Below are positions 12,084 to 24,819 of a stretch of DNA of 64,000 bases, piece after piece; the stretch's first letter is position 1, and every line of letters begins with the position of its first letter. Made by a program: the position numbers and the translations under genes. The notes below the pieces were generated by a model that worked only from the letters and a program-made list of their open reading frames with translations, did not search any database and was not told the origin of the DNA. This DNA comes from Octopus vulgaris (lineage: Eukaryota): contig OX597839.1 in NCBI GenBank assembly GCA_951406725.2, forward strand, positions 13,268,001-13,332,000, in the 5' to 3' direction.

Positions 12084-12492
12084 AGATCTTTTCGCTTTGA
12101 CCAGCAGATTTTTAAAATAATTTCTTTGTAACTAAAAAATTTAAAACTTCGTATACTGGTAAATTGTGTTTATAAACATCTTTTTCTCTTGGCTTTCTTG
12201 AGAAAATTCTGTAGTTTGTAAGATATTTGGTCTTTAATTTCTTGCATTTCGGCAATTTCAACCAATCAATGACGTCTATTAAGGTGAAAACGATTTCTGC
12301 CGTAATGTGTAAACAACAATTATTTCTGGTGTCAATTGAAATTGTCCGTTATCTTACAAACTATAGAATTTTCTCAAGAAAGCCAAGAGAAAAATATGTT
12401 TTATAAACACATTCTACCAGTATACGAAATTTAAAAGTGTTTAGTTACAAAAAAATTATTTTAAAAATCTGCCGGTCAAAGCGAAAAGATCC
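12084..12492. mobile_element. MITE with GGATCTTTT termini and 8-bp TSD (Merlin-like), nearly fully palindromic
   Basis: TSD CAACCTAC at 12076-12083 and 12493-12500; long inverted arms. Confidence 0.85.
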
Positions 12493-13119
12493 CAACCTAC
12501 CATACCCCCCCCCCACGTACACACACTAAAATTGCTGATATTATGACAACGTTTGAAACCAATGTAATAAATATACAATACAATAAAAACTTCAAAATCG
12601 AGGTTATTTTAGGAGTAGTAGAGAGAGGAAACATTACGTCTATGAGTTCATGGCTGAAACATGTTTATCAGTGAATCATAATCAATTTAAATAAGTTTCT
12701 TTGTATGTACAAGTTGCAAAAGGTTCTCATGTATACACACAATGCATGCATATTTCTATCTTGACAAATTACAAGTGTAGTAGTGAATTATGTACATATA
12801 TATGTCCCTCGTGTAACATGTGAGATAATCTGTATTGTGTACGTAATATATATATATAAACATTCTAAGTGCTGTTGTGCCGAAGATTGTTTGGGATTAA
12901 AAATAATGCAAATCTAGGTTAATGACATGGGATTAGTTGCTGGATTATCATTCCTTTTAGTTCTTATTGCGATAGTTTTCAAAGTATGTTTATCTGTCTG
13001 TGTCTTTATATGTGTATGTCTGGCTGTGTGTCTACTTGTGTGCCTGTGTGTGGATCTCCGTGTATGTATGTCTGTGTCTTGGTTTTAACTACTTAAGATT
13101 TTCACATTAATATACCTGC

Positions 13120-13390
13120 AATGATTAGACGAAGGAAATGGAGATGGATCGGACTCACACTGCGGAAGGAACCCTCTGATGTGACACGACGAGCACTTGA
13201 CTGGAAGCCGCAGGGGAAGAGGAAGCGAGGACGCCCCGAAGCAGACATGGAAGCAGAACATTTTGGACGAGCTCAGGACCACCGGCCTGACAAGGGAAGC
13301 AGCCAAGAAACACGCCAGTGACCGCAACAAGTGGAAAACAACTGTTGAGGCCCTATACTCCAAAAGGGGCAAAAAGGATTCAGAAGAATA
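13120..13390 (+). mobile_element. RTE-clade LINE 3' ORF fragment, frameshifted
   Basis: [32 protein letters not shown] / [21 protein letters not shown], the typical RTE C-terminus. Confidence 0.85.
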
Positions 13391-13466
13391 CCTACAATGG
13401 ATATCATCTCATAAGTCATATATTGGTCGTCTGCTGTCAGCAAATAGAGACTCGGACATTGCTTAG

Positions 13467-13566
13467 AAAATAATTTTAATTTTTAACCTCGTATATAGTA
13501 CGCACTAGGGATTTTGACCTTTAAAGTTTGGGAAAAAATGCGGTTTATACTCGAGGATTTACGGTA
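13467..13566 (+). mobile_element. pogo/Tigger-like transposon terminus
   Basis: Ends ..aaaatgcggtttatactcgaggatttacgg-TA. Confidence 0.55.
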
Positions 13567-14165
13567 GCGCTTCATGTTCAAGGGAGACAACTCTTTTGGT
13601 CTAGCGCTAGCTTGCTGTGAATATCTGCATTTATTTTAAAATGTACAATAATAGTACGAAGCAAATTTTACCATTACACACTAGCGCAGACATGTAAAAT
13701 AATCCATTTTACACTAATATAAACTTTCTTTGCATAACGTTGTCTGCGAAACGGCCATCACCCTATGGGTATCAACTGTTGAAATAAATGCATTCATCCC
13801 ATATTTTGTGACTTTCTTTATACTCTGTATATGTATTAGTGTGTGTGTGTATGACGGGCTTCTTTCAGTTTCTGTCTACTAAATCCAGTCACAAGGCTTT
13901 GGTCGATCCGTGACTATAGAAGACACTTGCCCAAGGTGCCACACAGTGGGACTGAACCTGGAACCATGTGGTTGGTAAGCAAGCTACTTACCACACAGTC
14001 ACTCCTGCTCATGACTCCTTTATTAAATTTTTGCTCATTATGTGAGTTACATTTTTCTCAGTAAAATGTTTCATTTTTCAGTTTGTTAGTTTAGAGAACT
14101 GTTTGTATACGGATACATCTCTCTCTCTCCTTCCTTCCCCCTCTCTCTTTCTAAATATATATATA

Positions 14166-14468
14166 TCACCGTGACTGACCAGGCTATCAGATGTTTCTAC
14201 ACATCGCTGGTCACAATGCGCTTCGCATTGTTTTAGCCTTCAAATGACACCACCCCGCTGGCTAAGCGAGCAGGTCAACAGAAGAAACAATGAGAGAAAG
14301 TTGTGGTGAAAGAGTACAGCAGGGATCGCTACCAACCCCTGCCGGAGCCTCATGGAGCTTTAGGTGTTTTCGCTCAATAAACACTCACAACGCCTGGTCT
14401 GGGAATCGAAACCGCGATCCTACAACCACGAGTCCGCTGCCCTAACCACTGGGCCATTGTGCCTCCAC
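14166..14468 (-). mobile_element. SINE family C, tail type 1
   Basis: Reverse complement of the 4803-5105 type. Confidence 0.85.
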
Positions 14469-14493
14469 ATCTATATATATATATATATATGTA

Positions 14494-14532
<39 letters not shown>

Positions 14533-14995
14533 TTAGTTCACATTGCTTTGTAACAAGCATAAAGCTAATTTCTCTGGCATAAATATTTATCCCAGGATGG
14601 GATGCTGATCTGTCTCAGAATTACTCATTTTTACCAGCTGAATGGACTAGAGCAATGTGAAATCAAGTGTTTTGCTTAAGAACACAATACATCATCCTGT
14701 TCATGAATCGAAACCACGATCTTATGACCATGAGTTCAACACCCTAACCACTAAGCCATGCACCTCCATATAAATATCTTCAAATTACCAGAGTAGATAT
14801 TTTCCCCAGAGCTCTTTCCCACCAAGGTCCTGACCTCCTTACCAATTTGACAGTAGATTGTCAGAGAAATTTTTATATATCTATTAAGACATAGTCATCC
14901 AATGTTATCGAAATGTGAGTTATATTTTGACAGTCTACTGTTATGACAAGACAGGTATCTTAGTGCATCTGTATGAGTGACACACTAGTTCACTT

Positions 14996-15411
14996 GGATC
15001 TTTTTGGTTTGAATGGCAGTTATTTCTAGCGGTGTCATATAAAATTGTCACCCATAATTATGACCCTAGAATGGATCTATTGCATTTCAATCTATTTTAG
15101 GGTTAGGGGTGGGGGTGGGGGGAAGGGTATCTTTTTTCTTCACAAATGTAAATAAACCCAATCTGTTTTTTAAGCAACGGATATATTCATATGGCACAGA
15201 ATGTTTTTTACCTCAATGGACGTCAGTGATTGGTTGAAATTGCAGAAATTGAAGAAAAAAAACAACAAATATCTTACAAACTATAGAATTTTCTCAATAA
15301 AGCCAAGAGAAAAAGATGTTTTATAAACACATTCTACCAGTATACGAAGTTTAAAATTTTTTAGTTACCTAGAAATTATGTAAAAAACTGCCGTTCAAAC
15401 CAAAAGGATCC
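14996..15411 (+). mobile_element. GG-ended 8-bp-TSD MITE with internal TTAGGG/G-run segment
   Basis: TSD GTTCACTT/GTTCACTC; TIR ggatctttttggtttgaatggcag; internal ttagggttaggggtgggggtggggg. Confidence 0.85.
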
Positions 15412-16019
15412 GTTCACTCTTTATATATAACAAAACATTGCTGTATGTAGCGCTCTAGTTACCCTTGTACATTGCTGTATATAGCTACATTGGTGGGCTA
15501 GATAACCTGCACTTGGAGTATATATTATACTCAGATATCATGGTGCTGTTCTCAGTTTTAAGGAGAGGAAAAGGCAATTTATGGGAGAAGCTGAGATGAT
15601 ATTGATTCCAAATTTTAGCACAAGGCCAACAATTTTGGGGAAAGGGATAAGTCAATTACATCAATCCCAATACTCAACTTATTTTATCGATTTGACAAAA
15701 TGAAAGGCAAAGTTGACTTTAGCAGAATTTGAACTCAGAACGTAAAGACAGATGTAACATCATTAAGCATTTTGTCCTGTGCACTAACAATTCTACCATT
15801 GTTTTGTTTTCCTCTCATCTCTGATATTATTGACCATTCTGCCGAGGTCGACTTTGCCTTTCATCCTCTCGGGGTCGATAAATTAAGTACCAGTTACGCA
15901 CTGGGGTTGATGTAATCGATTTAATCTGTTTGTCTGTTCTTGTTTGTGCCCTGTGTTTAGCCCCTTTTGGGTAGTAAAGAAATAGATATTATTAACGATC
16001 TTACTAAAACAACTTTGAA

Positions 16020-16350
16020 CACCTTTACATGTTTACTGAGTCAGAAAACAGCACAGTTCCCAATGACTTTTGGAAACACCTTTTCACACCAAGAGATGCT
16101 GAAGTATGGAACAAGCTGCTGGCAGCAGTTGTTAGTTGTCGGAGCACTGCATCCTTCAAAACTTCCATGCTTCTTGAGATTCGCCAAAACTACACCTGAT
16201 TTTTCCCCTCCATACACACACAAGCATGTATCTGACTCGTACACTGTTCACTTTCCAGACATTTGTACATTACTGCATATGCTTTATACGCACTTTCGAC
16301 AAGTTGTGGTGCACCTGAGCACTGTATACAATAATTTCATTATTATTATT
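16020..16350 (+). mobile_element. CR1-type LINE 3' fragment
   Basis: Matches 43570-43895; ends cacctgagcactgtatacaataatttc(att)n. Confidence 0.8.
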
Positions 16351-16361
16351 CAGTCCTTTAA

Positions 16362-16580
16362 CCCTTTAGTATTCAGATTACTCTGTTAAATGTAATATTT
16401 TTTACTCAAATTGTTTTGAATTAATCAAGCATTATCTTATAGCTTTGGGGTTTCAATGATGTGATTGCTTATTTTTAGAATGTCAATGTAGGTTAGGTGT
16501 GAGAGGTTAGATATCGCCAGTTTGAATATAAAACATATAGAATACTTGGGTCAGATATGGCCGGTTTAAACACTAAAGGG
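16362..16580. mobile_element. piggyBac-type MITE
   Basis: TTAA-CCCTTTAGTATTCA...TAAACACTAAAGGG-TTAA; empty paralogous site near 17459-17485. Confidence 0.9.
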
Positions 16581-16808
16581 TTAAGCTTTCTGTCAAATGA
16601 CATCTTTTGAATTTGTAGGTCCCTTTTTCCTTTCTTTAGAGTCCCTCATCCTACAGAGGCCTCGAAACTAGTTCAGAACAACATCATTACCAAAGAAACA
16701 AAAACCTCTCCATGGTTATTGCTCTGATGAATTTTATGGTCTAGTACCCTCTGTCAAGACCTTTAAACATGTCACCTGCTTCTCTTCCCAGGCGCATAGT
16801 TTCTTTAA

Positions 16809-17028
16809 CCCTTTAGCATTCAAATTGGCCATATCCAGCCAAAATATTCTGCCACTTTTATGTTTAAACTGGCCAGATCAAACATTTCTCACCTACTCTA
16901 CAATGTCACAGTAAAAATAAACAATCACATCATTGAAATCTCAAAGCTATGAGATGATGCATGATTAACTCAAGAAAATATAAATAGATAAGCATTAGAT
17001 TTGACAGAGCGATCTGAATACTAAAGGG
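16809..17028. mobile_element. piggyBac-type MITE, opposite orientation
   Basis: TTAA-CCCTTTAGCATTCA...TGAATACTAAAGGG-TTAA. Confidence 0.9.
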
Positions 17029-17076
17029 TTAAGCTTTGTGTTTGTTATAATTTATTTTATTCCAATAGCTTTAACT

Positions 17077-17390
17077 GGAGGTGCAATGGCCCAGTGGTTA
17101 GGGCAGCGAACTCGCGGTCGGAGGATCACGGTTTCGATTCCCAGACCGAGCGTTGTATGTGTTTATTGAGCGAAAACACCTAAAGCTACACGAGGCTCTG
17201 GCAGGGGGTGGTGGCAACCCCTGCTGTACTCTTTCGCCCCAACTTTCTCTCACTCTCCCTTCCTGTTTCTTGGGTAATGCTACGTGGACTGGCGTCCCGT
17301 CCAGCTGGTGGGAACACATATGCCACAGAAACCGGGAAACTGGGCCCATGAGCCTGGCTAGGCTTGAAAAGGGCACATAAATAAATAAAA
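17077..17390 (+). mobile_element. SINE family C, tail type 4
   Basis: Family C head; tail ggactggcgtcccgtccagc..gggcccatgagcctggctaggcttgaaaaggg, shared with family D. Confidence 0.8.
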
Positions 17391-17845
17391 ATAAAATAGC
17401 TTGAACTGCTTTTGTCTTGAACTCACTACCATCATCTTGTTTTCCTATAGTCTGCAATATTCAGTCCTTTAAGCTTTTCTGTCAATTGACATATTTTGAA
17501 TTTGTAAGCCCCTTCTTTCCCTTCTTTGTAGTCCCTTACACTGTAGTGGCCTCAAGCCTTGTTTGGGACAAAATAGTATAGCAAAAAAAAAAAAAAAAAA
17601 AAAAAACAATGCTAATTGTAACTACAATGACAGACTAAATGTTTTAATCTGTTGTTATATATAATACCCTGATACATTGCTGTATCCGTTAAGTACTGCA
17701 TTGATAGTGTTAATAATTAACATCAGTTATGAGAAAATCAACAAATCTTTATAAATCAGTCTTACTGAAACATTCCAACTATTACTCAATACAATCCTGC
17801 TTTAGACTCCTGTCGTTTACACCTTCTGTTATGGAAATATTACAC

Positions 17846-18248
17846 CTTTACTCTTTTACTCTTTTACTTGTTTCACTCGTTTGACTGCAGCCATGCTGGA
17901 GCACTGCCTTTAGTAGTGCAAATCGACCCCAGGACTTATTCTTTGTAAGCCTAGTACTTATTCTACTGGTCTCTTTTGCCGGACCACTAAGTTACGGGGA
18001 CGTAAACACACCAGCATCGGTTGTCAAGCAATGTTGGGGGGAGGGGGACAAACACACACAACAAATGCACGCACATATATATACTTATACATATATACGA
18101 CAGGCTTCTTTTAGTTTCCATCTACCAAATCCACTCACAAGGCTTTGGTCGGCTTGAGGCTATAGTAGAAGGTGCCACGCAGTGGGACTGACCCCGGAAC
18201 CATGTGGTTGGTAAGCAAGCTACTTACCACACAGCCACTCCTGTGCCT
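17846..18248 (-). mobile_element. SINE family B
   Basis: Matches 7512-7925. Confidence 0.85.
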
Positions 18249-19421
18249 GGTTTACAGCAAAAAATTTTCCCCATGACAAAACACAGTGACTGGCTTGCTT
18301 ACAGGTTCAAATGTGCCACAAGCATATTTGAACTGGTAACAACATTGCAGTAAATTTTTAAGAACAAGAATAAAATTTAGAGGGATGTATTGTCAATTTT
18401 GGGGGAAGATACAATGAGTTAGGTGCAAGCCTATGGTCAGTGTCTGACCAAAGACCAAAGGGGGTCTCAATATTATTACTACTACTACTACTACTACTAC
18501 TGTTATCATTATTATTATTATTATTAGCAATGCTACTTTGTTAGGGTTTGATGTTCAGATTCTTTTGTACCCACGTTCATGGAAACTGTAAAATCAAAAC
18601 TGGCTTTTGTTTAACTCTTCTCCTGTCATAACATGTAACAGATGTTGCAAGTGAGAGGCATAAACCGTCATAACTAGCTTAAGTCGCCAAATGAATTTTT
18701 TATGTTCACACAACATAAAACGCAGATAAACAGTAAGGTAACCACTACCAATATATCTTTTATGTTTAAACTGAAATGGAAGTAGAAGAGAATGAGGGGA
18801 GAGTTGAGAGAAAAAGAGTTAGATGAGTGGATAGAGGGAGAGTATGTAGAGGGGAGAGTATGTAGAGGGGAGAGTGTGTAGAGGGAGAGCCAAATTAAAT
18901 TAGGAACTAAAAGTATGTCAGATATAATATCAAACTATGTAGCTTACAGTTAACTGAGATAATAAACCTTGAGGTCAGTGTGATATAAGATTGCTTTACT
19001 TTCCTTTGTACACATGTCTATACTGTGTAGGTAATAAAAAACCACTATGTTTTGTAGATTAATTGAAACCATATGTTATGACTCACCCCCTAAGCATTTA
19101 AACTGGCCAGATCCGGCCAAAATAGTCTTCCTGTTTTATGTTCAAAATGGCCTGGTCCAGCCTCTCGCACCTGCCCCACAATGTTAGTTTTAAAAATATA
19201 CAGTCACTCAATCAAAAGCCTTGTGAGTGGATTTGGTAGACGGAAACTGGAAGAAGCTTGTCGTATATGTGTGTATGTATATATATATATATAAGATGGT
19301 GATGATGATGGTTGGTAGTGGTGGTGGTGATAATGGCAGTGATGATGGTAATTATTTTAAGGCATACCACCCACTCAAAGACCAATACACATGACATACT
19401 CTGTATTATGTAGTCTATCAT

Positions 19422-19465
19422 AAGGCTACTATCCCCAAGATTTCGAGTTCGATTCCAGATAGTGG

Positions 19466-19501
<36 letters not shown>

Positions 19502-19680
19502 CAACATCGTAAAATACCTTAGGAATGAGAACCCAGGTTCGAAATTTCCCCAAGACACCTGATGAAGGCTGGAGGGTATATCAGCTGAAATGTTGTGTTA
19601 ACAACAAGCAAGATGAAGACAAATATTCTTGAAATGTAAATAATGTACATAATTCCTCATCTCTTAAATATAGAACTGTG
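19422..19680 (+). mobile_element. tRNA-headed, hammerhead-tailed SINE (5'-clipped head)
   Basis: B box GAGTTCGATTCC, (AAT)n, then hammerhead 19554-19599; homologous to 9020-9267. Confidence 0.75.
19554..19599 (+). ncRNA. Minimal hammerhead ribozyme motif
   Basis: GACAC-CTGATGA-A-GGCTG[gagggtatat]CAGCT-GAAA-TG-TT-GTGTT. Confidence 0.7.
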
Positions 19681-19712
19681 TTTAATGTTTTCTTTTTGTT
19701 GTTTTTGATTAG

Positions 19713-19931
19713 ATCCAAGGAAAATCCAAGAAGCCAGCTTCTCCCCAGTCTGTGACGTCAGCAAGAAATGCCAGTCCCTCCACCACATTTGGATCATCCA
19801 ACTACACAATGAACGGAACTGGTGGGTCTCTCACTTCGGTCACACCTCGCTCGTTTGACTATACCAATTCTATGGGTAACCACAGCAGTCAATCATTTGC
19901 TCATCCCAAGAATGTATTAGTTAGTTTTGAG
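19713..19931 (+). CDS. Hillarin-like protein, first visible coding exon (Ser/Thr-rich)
   Basis: Polypyrimidine tract-AG, 219 nt open (IQGKSKKPASP..NVLVSFE), donor GTATGT, phase 0; joins DFERSG of the next exon. Confidence 0.75.
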
Positions 19932-19964
19932 GTATGTTTATTTTTACTGTCCATATTTATCTTC

Positions 19965-20450
19965 ATCATCATCATTTCATCATCGTTTAACGTCCGCTTT
20001 CCATGCTAGCATGGGTTGGACGTATGACTGAGGGCTGGCAAACCAGATGGCTGCACCAGGCTCCAATCTTGATTTGGCAGAGTTTCTACTGCTGGATGCC
20101 CTTCCTAACGCCAACCACTCCGAGAGTGCAGTGGGTGCTTTTACGTGCCACCGGCACGGGGCCAGTCAGGCGGTACTGGCAACGACCTCGCTCGAATCTT
20201 TTACACATGCCACCGGCGCGGGTGTCAATAAGGTGGTGCTGGTAACGATCCTGCTCGAAAGGTGTTTTTTACATGCCACCGGCACAGAGGCCAGATAGCC
20301 GCTGTGGCAACGATCACGCTCAGATGGTGCTCTTAATACCTTACTAGCACGGGGCTCGAGTGCCAGTAGTGTGACGCTGGTAATGATCACACTTGAATGG
20401 TGCCTCTTAAGTGCCACTGGCATGGAAGCCGGTTAGCTGCTCTGTCAATC
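19965..20450 (-). mobile_element. RTE 3' UTR fragment with ~60-bp tandem units
   Basis: RTE tail plus several diverged units (tgccaccggcac..ggcaacga). Confidence 0.8.
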
Positions 20451-20879
20451 TTACATATAATATATAATACTCTCCACATTTGCACATTAATTTCATGAGC
20501 AGGCTGTTCCGTTGATCAGATCACCTGGAACACTCAACATTGTAACTGATGGAATGCCACAGCGATATAATATATTATACTGTGGAAAGTATATATGACA
20601 TGCTGTGTTTATTGTGCATTAAATTCAGTTACCTAAAATTCATCAATCCCATTTATGACATATCTATGCATTCTTTCCTCTTTATATTTCTTTTATTGTT
20701 CTCTGTTCTGTCTTTAAGTGCTTTATTCAGTGTATAGCGCATATACTTTTGCCTTACTACCGTTGCTTAGTTGACTTATTGTTGAATTCTGTCCCCGTTT
20801 TTACCCTTTTAAATGTTGTGTTGTGTGTCTGAGCACTGTATGCAATAAGCTCATTATTATTATTATTATTATTATTATA

Positions 20880-21432
20880 GAGTGAGAGAGCTGAGCATGT
20901 CATCAAAGTGACACTGGGGTAAAATATACAGAGCCCAGTATACCCCCATGACTACCTGTCTCATATGGGTACACCAGGCATACGCATTACAACCATATGT
21001 GTGTGATATGGTGATCTCATATCAGGATAATCAGTGCATGACTTTGCAGGTGGGGCCCAGTTAGAATTTTCTCCAGGTCGAGTAGCCCAACCCATTCAAA
21101 TGATCCTTGAATAAGGGTTGTTTAAGGATGTTGAACGAAACACCCATGTTTCCAGAAGTCAATTATTCAAACTCCAAAGAATTCCTTTCAATACATGGCT
21201 ATGATGCTCCCCCACTACTTCTGCTCATGATCAGAGATGCATATATCGTCAGCCTCTAAGGGACATGTTCAACTGGTTAAGGTCAAACAACTGACAAGCA
21301 AATCTGTGGTATTGAGCAGAATATTTGCTGTAGCCCATCTTTTATACCAACACAAAACAATGTACAGGATAACACTTCCAATCAGTTAAGATCAGCAGCC
21401 ATGAGAGCCACTGCCTGGTGTTGCATCAGGGC
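20880..21432. repeat. Unclassified dispersed repeat
   Basis: Its 21165-21320 part recurs inverted at about 30030-30185. Confidence 0.55.
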
Positions 21433-21434
21433 AT

Positions 21435-21750
21435 TATGGTTTCAATTCCTGGATTGGGTAGTGCATTGTGTTCTTGAGCAAAACACTTCATTTCATGTTG
21501 CTCCAGTCCACTCAGCTAATGGTTAGGATGTTGCACTCATGACTTCTAGATTGTGGTTTCAATTCCTGGACTGGGCAGTGCATTGTGTTCTTGAGCAAAA
21601 CACTTCATTTCATGTTGCTCCAGTCCACTCAGCTAATGGTTAGGATGTTGCACTCATGACTTCTAGATTGTGGTTTCAATTCCTGGACTGGGCAGTGCAT
21701 TGTGTTCTTGAGCAAAACATTTCATTTCATGTTGCTCCAGTCCACTCAAC
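21435..21750 (+). repeat. Tandem ~117-bp amplification (about 2.7 units) of a family D SINE head
   Basis: ggtttcaattcctgga..tgtgttcttgagcaaaacac..ctccagtccactca occurs three times. Confidence 0.85.
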
Positions 21751-22069
21751 TGTAAATGAGTTCCACCAGCAATAGCCAGCAAGTTAGTCCTGCGATGGAA
21801 CAGCATCTTGTTCAAGAGGGATTATTGTGATATTAGTCACTGATATACCAACTGGAAACTGGCTAAGGCTCTGACATCAAGAGTCATAGGGGTTATGACA
21901 TGGCTAAGACCCAAGACTGAGAGTTTGGTGTACAGATCAGTGGTCAGAGACAGAGATCGAATCACATTGATCTGGTACATATTGCTGATATATATATATA
22001 GAGAGAGAGAGAGAAGCTGAGGTCATGTAGAATATAGTTATAATGATTGTTTAATGATCTGTATTTCAG

Positions 22070-22450
22070 GATTTTGAACGTAGTGGTGTGTTTGAAGCCC
22101 AGGTACATCTTGAACAAAGACACAGAGAAGAAGAAGAACGGCTGCAACGATTCCTTTCTGAAGAACGGGAAAAAGAAATGCGAAAACTTGATGATTCTAT
22201 CCATGGAGAGAAAGAGCTCGCTGCTGCTGAACTTTTGTCAAACATCGATCAACTCTCTTTGCAGCATTCTGCTGCTGGCTCTTCTTTAGATCTGGTCCAC
22301 GAGAGACAACGAATTGAAGAGCATTTTCGACGGGTCAGAGAGGAACGTTTGAAGAATGTCACTGACAGATTAGCCAGTGACGAAAAAATGAGGACATCAA
22401 AGATGGTGGAGCGACAGGGTCAAGAAATGATGTTGTTGATTGCTGAAAAA
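22070..22450 (+). CDS. Hillarin-like exon (coiled coil)
   Basis: tttcAG|DFERSGVFEAQVHLEQRHREEEERL..MMLLIAEK|GTAAGT, 381 nt, phase 0. Confidence 0.9.
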
Positions 22451-22537
22451 GTAAGTTCTACTTCTATGATTCATTGCTGTTGCCATTTAGCTCTAAGTTG
22501 ACCCTAATCCTGAAACCAATCCTTGAAGGTATTCCAA

Positions 22538-22770
22538 AGGTGGTGAGCTGGCAGAATCATTAGCATGCCGGGCGAAATGCTAAGCGGTATTTCATCTGCC
22601 GTTACGTTCTGAGTTCAAATTCTGCCGAGGTCGACTTTGCTTTTCATCCTTTTGTGGTCAATTAAATAAATACCAGTTACGCACTGGGGTCAATGTAATC
22701 GACTTAATCCGTTTGTCTGTCCTTGTTTGTTGCCTCTGTGTTTAGCCCCTTGTGGGTAGTAAAGAAATAG
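22538..22770 (+). mobile_element. SINE family A
   Basis: ggtgagctggcagaatc..gagttcaaatt..gaggtcgactttgc; flanked by aggtattccaaa on both sides. Confidence 0.85.
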
Positions 22771-22960
22771 GTATTCCAAATGTGGTTCTCTTGTCTGACC
22801 TTGTCAGTAATGTAACTCTTATGATACACACTTATAAAATACAGTCTTAGTAAGCTTGGTAAAAAGAAAACCCTGAAATAAAAATTTTTTTGAAACAAAA
22901 TCCCCTTCTGGTGGGCATGGGATCAGGTTATAATCTCATAATGTTGCTTCTATATTCTAG

Positions 22961-23092
22961 GACAGAGAATTTGACAAGAATGCATTGTTTGACCATTCCA
23001 CAAGACCACCAATTCTTCCTCCTTCATGTAAGAAAGTCCAGCTATATCGGTCACCAACTGTCTTTCGACAACTGGATGAACGTGCTATCGAG
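22961..23092 (+). CDS. Hillarin-like exon
   Basis: ttctAG|DREFDKNALFDHSTRPPILPPSCKKVQLYRSPTVFRQLDERAIE|GTCAGT, 132 nt. Confidence 0.85.
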
Positions 23093-23461
23093 GTCAGTAT
23101 ATCTTTAATATATTTATTGTGTTAAGGTGGCCAGCTGGCAGAAACGTTGGTATGCTAGGTGAAATGCTTAGCGGTATTTTGTCTGTCTTTATGTTCTGAG
23201 TTCAAATTCCGCTGAGGTCAACTTTGCCATTCATCCTTTTGAGGTCTATAAATTAAGTACCAGTTGCGTACTGGAGTCAATTGAATTGACTGGTCCCCTC
23301 CCCCAAAATTTCCGGCCTTGTGCTTAGAATAGAAAAGAATATAATTATTGTGTGTATGCTTGCATGTTTGTATGTATGTATGTGTGTGTGTGTGTGTATA
23401 TATATATGTATGTATGTATCCTTCTCGCTCCCCCCTCTCTCTCTATATATATATAATATAA

Positions 23462-23789
23462 TAGGCGTAGGAGTGGCTGTGTGGTAAGTAGCTTGCTTAC
23501 CAACCACATGGTTCTAGGTTCAGTCCCACTGCATGGCACCTTGGGCAAATGTCTTCTACTATTGCCTCAGGCCGACCAAAGCCTTGTGAGTAAATTTTGG
23601 AAACTGAAAGAAGCCTATCGTATATGTGTGTGTGTTTGTGTGTCTGTGTTTGTACCCCCAACATCACTTGACGACTGATGCTGGTGTGTTTACGTCCCCG
23701 TAACTTAGTGGTTTGGCAAAAGAGACCGATAGAATAAGTCCAGCATGACCACAGTCAAATGACTGAAACAAGTAAAAGAGTAAAAGAGA
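23462..23789 (+). mobile_element. SINE family B
   Basis: aggcgtaggagtggctgtgtggtaag..gactgaaacaagtaaaagagtaaaaga. Confidence 0.85.
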
Positions 23790-23805
23790 TATATATATGT
23801 AGACG

Positions 23806-23848
<43 letters not shown>

Positions 23849-24029
23849 ATATCCTTGTTGCTTATTTTGATTTTACATGTATATATATATATATATATAT
23901 AAAACTTATGTATGTTTTATGTCACATATGAATACTGGGGTGAAAAACCCTTCTGATAGAAAAATTCAAAGGTTACTTCTGTCTGTGTGTTTGTGTATGT
24001 GTATGTATGTTTGTATGTAAAAAAAAATA

Positions 24030-24277
24030 ATAAATGCACCCTTTTAAAGCCTAGCCAAGCTCATGGGCCCTGTTTCCTACGGTGTACGTGTTCTCCAGCT
24101 GGACGGGACACCAGTCCATCGCAGCGTTATTCCTTTTTGCCAGCTGAGTGGACTGGAGCAACATGAAATGAAGTGATTTGCTCAAGAACACAACGCGCCG
24201 CCCGGTCTAGGAATCGAAACCACAATCTTATGATCATGATGCTGACACCCTGACCACTAAGCCACGTGCCTCCACAT
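24030..24277 (-). mobile_element. SINE family D (tRNA head)
   Basis: Minus strand gtggaggcacgtggcttagtgg..ggtttcgattcc..tgtgttcttgagcaa. Confidence 0.8.
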
Positions 24278-24292
24278 GTATATATATATGTA

Positions 24293-24380
<88 letters not shown>

Positions 24381-24381
24381 G

Positions 24382-24430
<49 letters not shown>

Positions 24431-24563
24431 GTATATATATATGTGTATGTGTGTGTATATATACGTGCGTGTGTGTATATATATGTGTGTGTATATATGT
24501 GTGTATATATATATATATATGTGTGTGTGTATATATATATATATATATGTGTGTGTGTATGTG

Positions 24564-24611
<48 letters not shown>

Positions 24612-24615
<4 letters not shown>

Positions 24616-24771
24616 CTCTCCTTGTTTTTTTCTGTGTATCTTTCTGTCGAAGAGCGTAGGCTCGAAACGTAAAAGACTTTTTCTATTTCTATTCCCGAGC
24701 GCTATAGTAATACATTTGTTTGTTTGTACTCCACCTGCCTTCATCTTTTGTTTATTTTTGTAAACTCTCCC

Positions 24772-24775
<4 letters not shown>
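24612..24775 (+). mobile_element. Short hammerhead-bearing element in (TA)n; motif at 24639-24676
   Basis: TCTTT-CTGTCGA-A-GAGC[gtag]GCTC-GAAA-CG-TA-AAAGA; second copy inverted at 40322-40485. Confidence 0.75.

Positions 24776-24819
<44 letters not shown>

Noticed and set aside
15096-15125. Interstitial telomere
   Set aside because: Only two TTAGGG units, internal to a MITE that recurs at 28219-28628.
16650-16680. Hammerhead-like GAGGCCTCGAAACTAGTT
   Set aside because: No CUGANGA core upstream, and not conserved in the paralogous segment near 17545.
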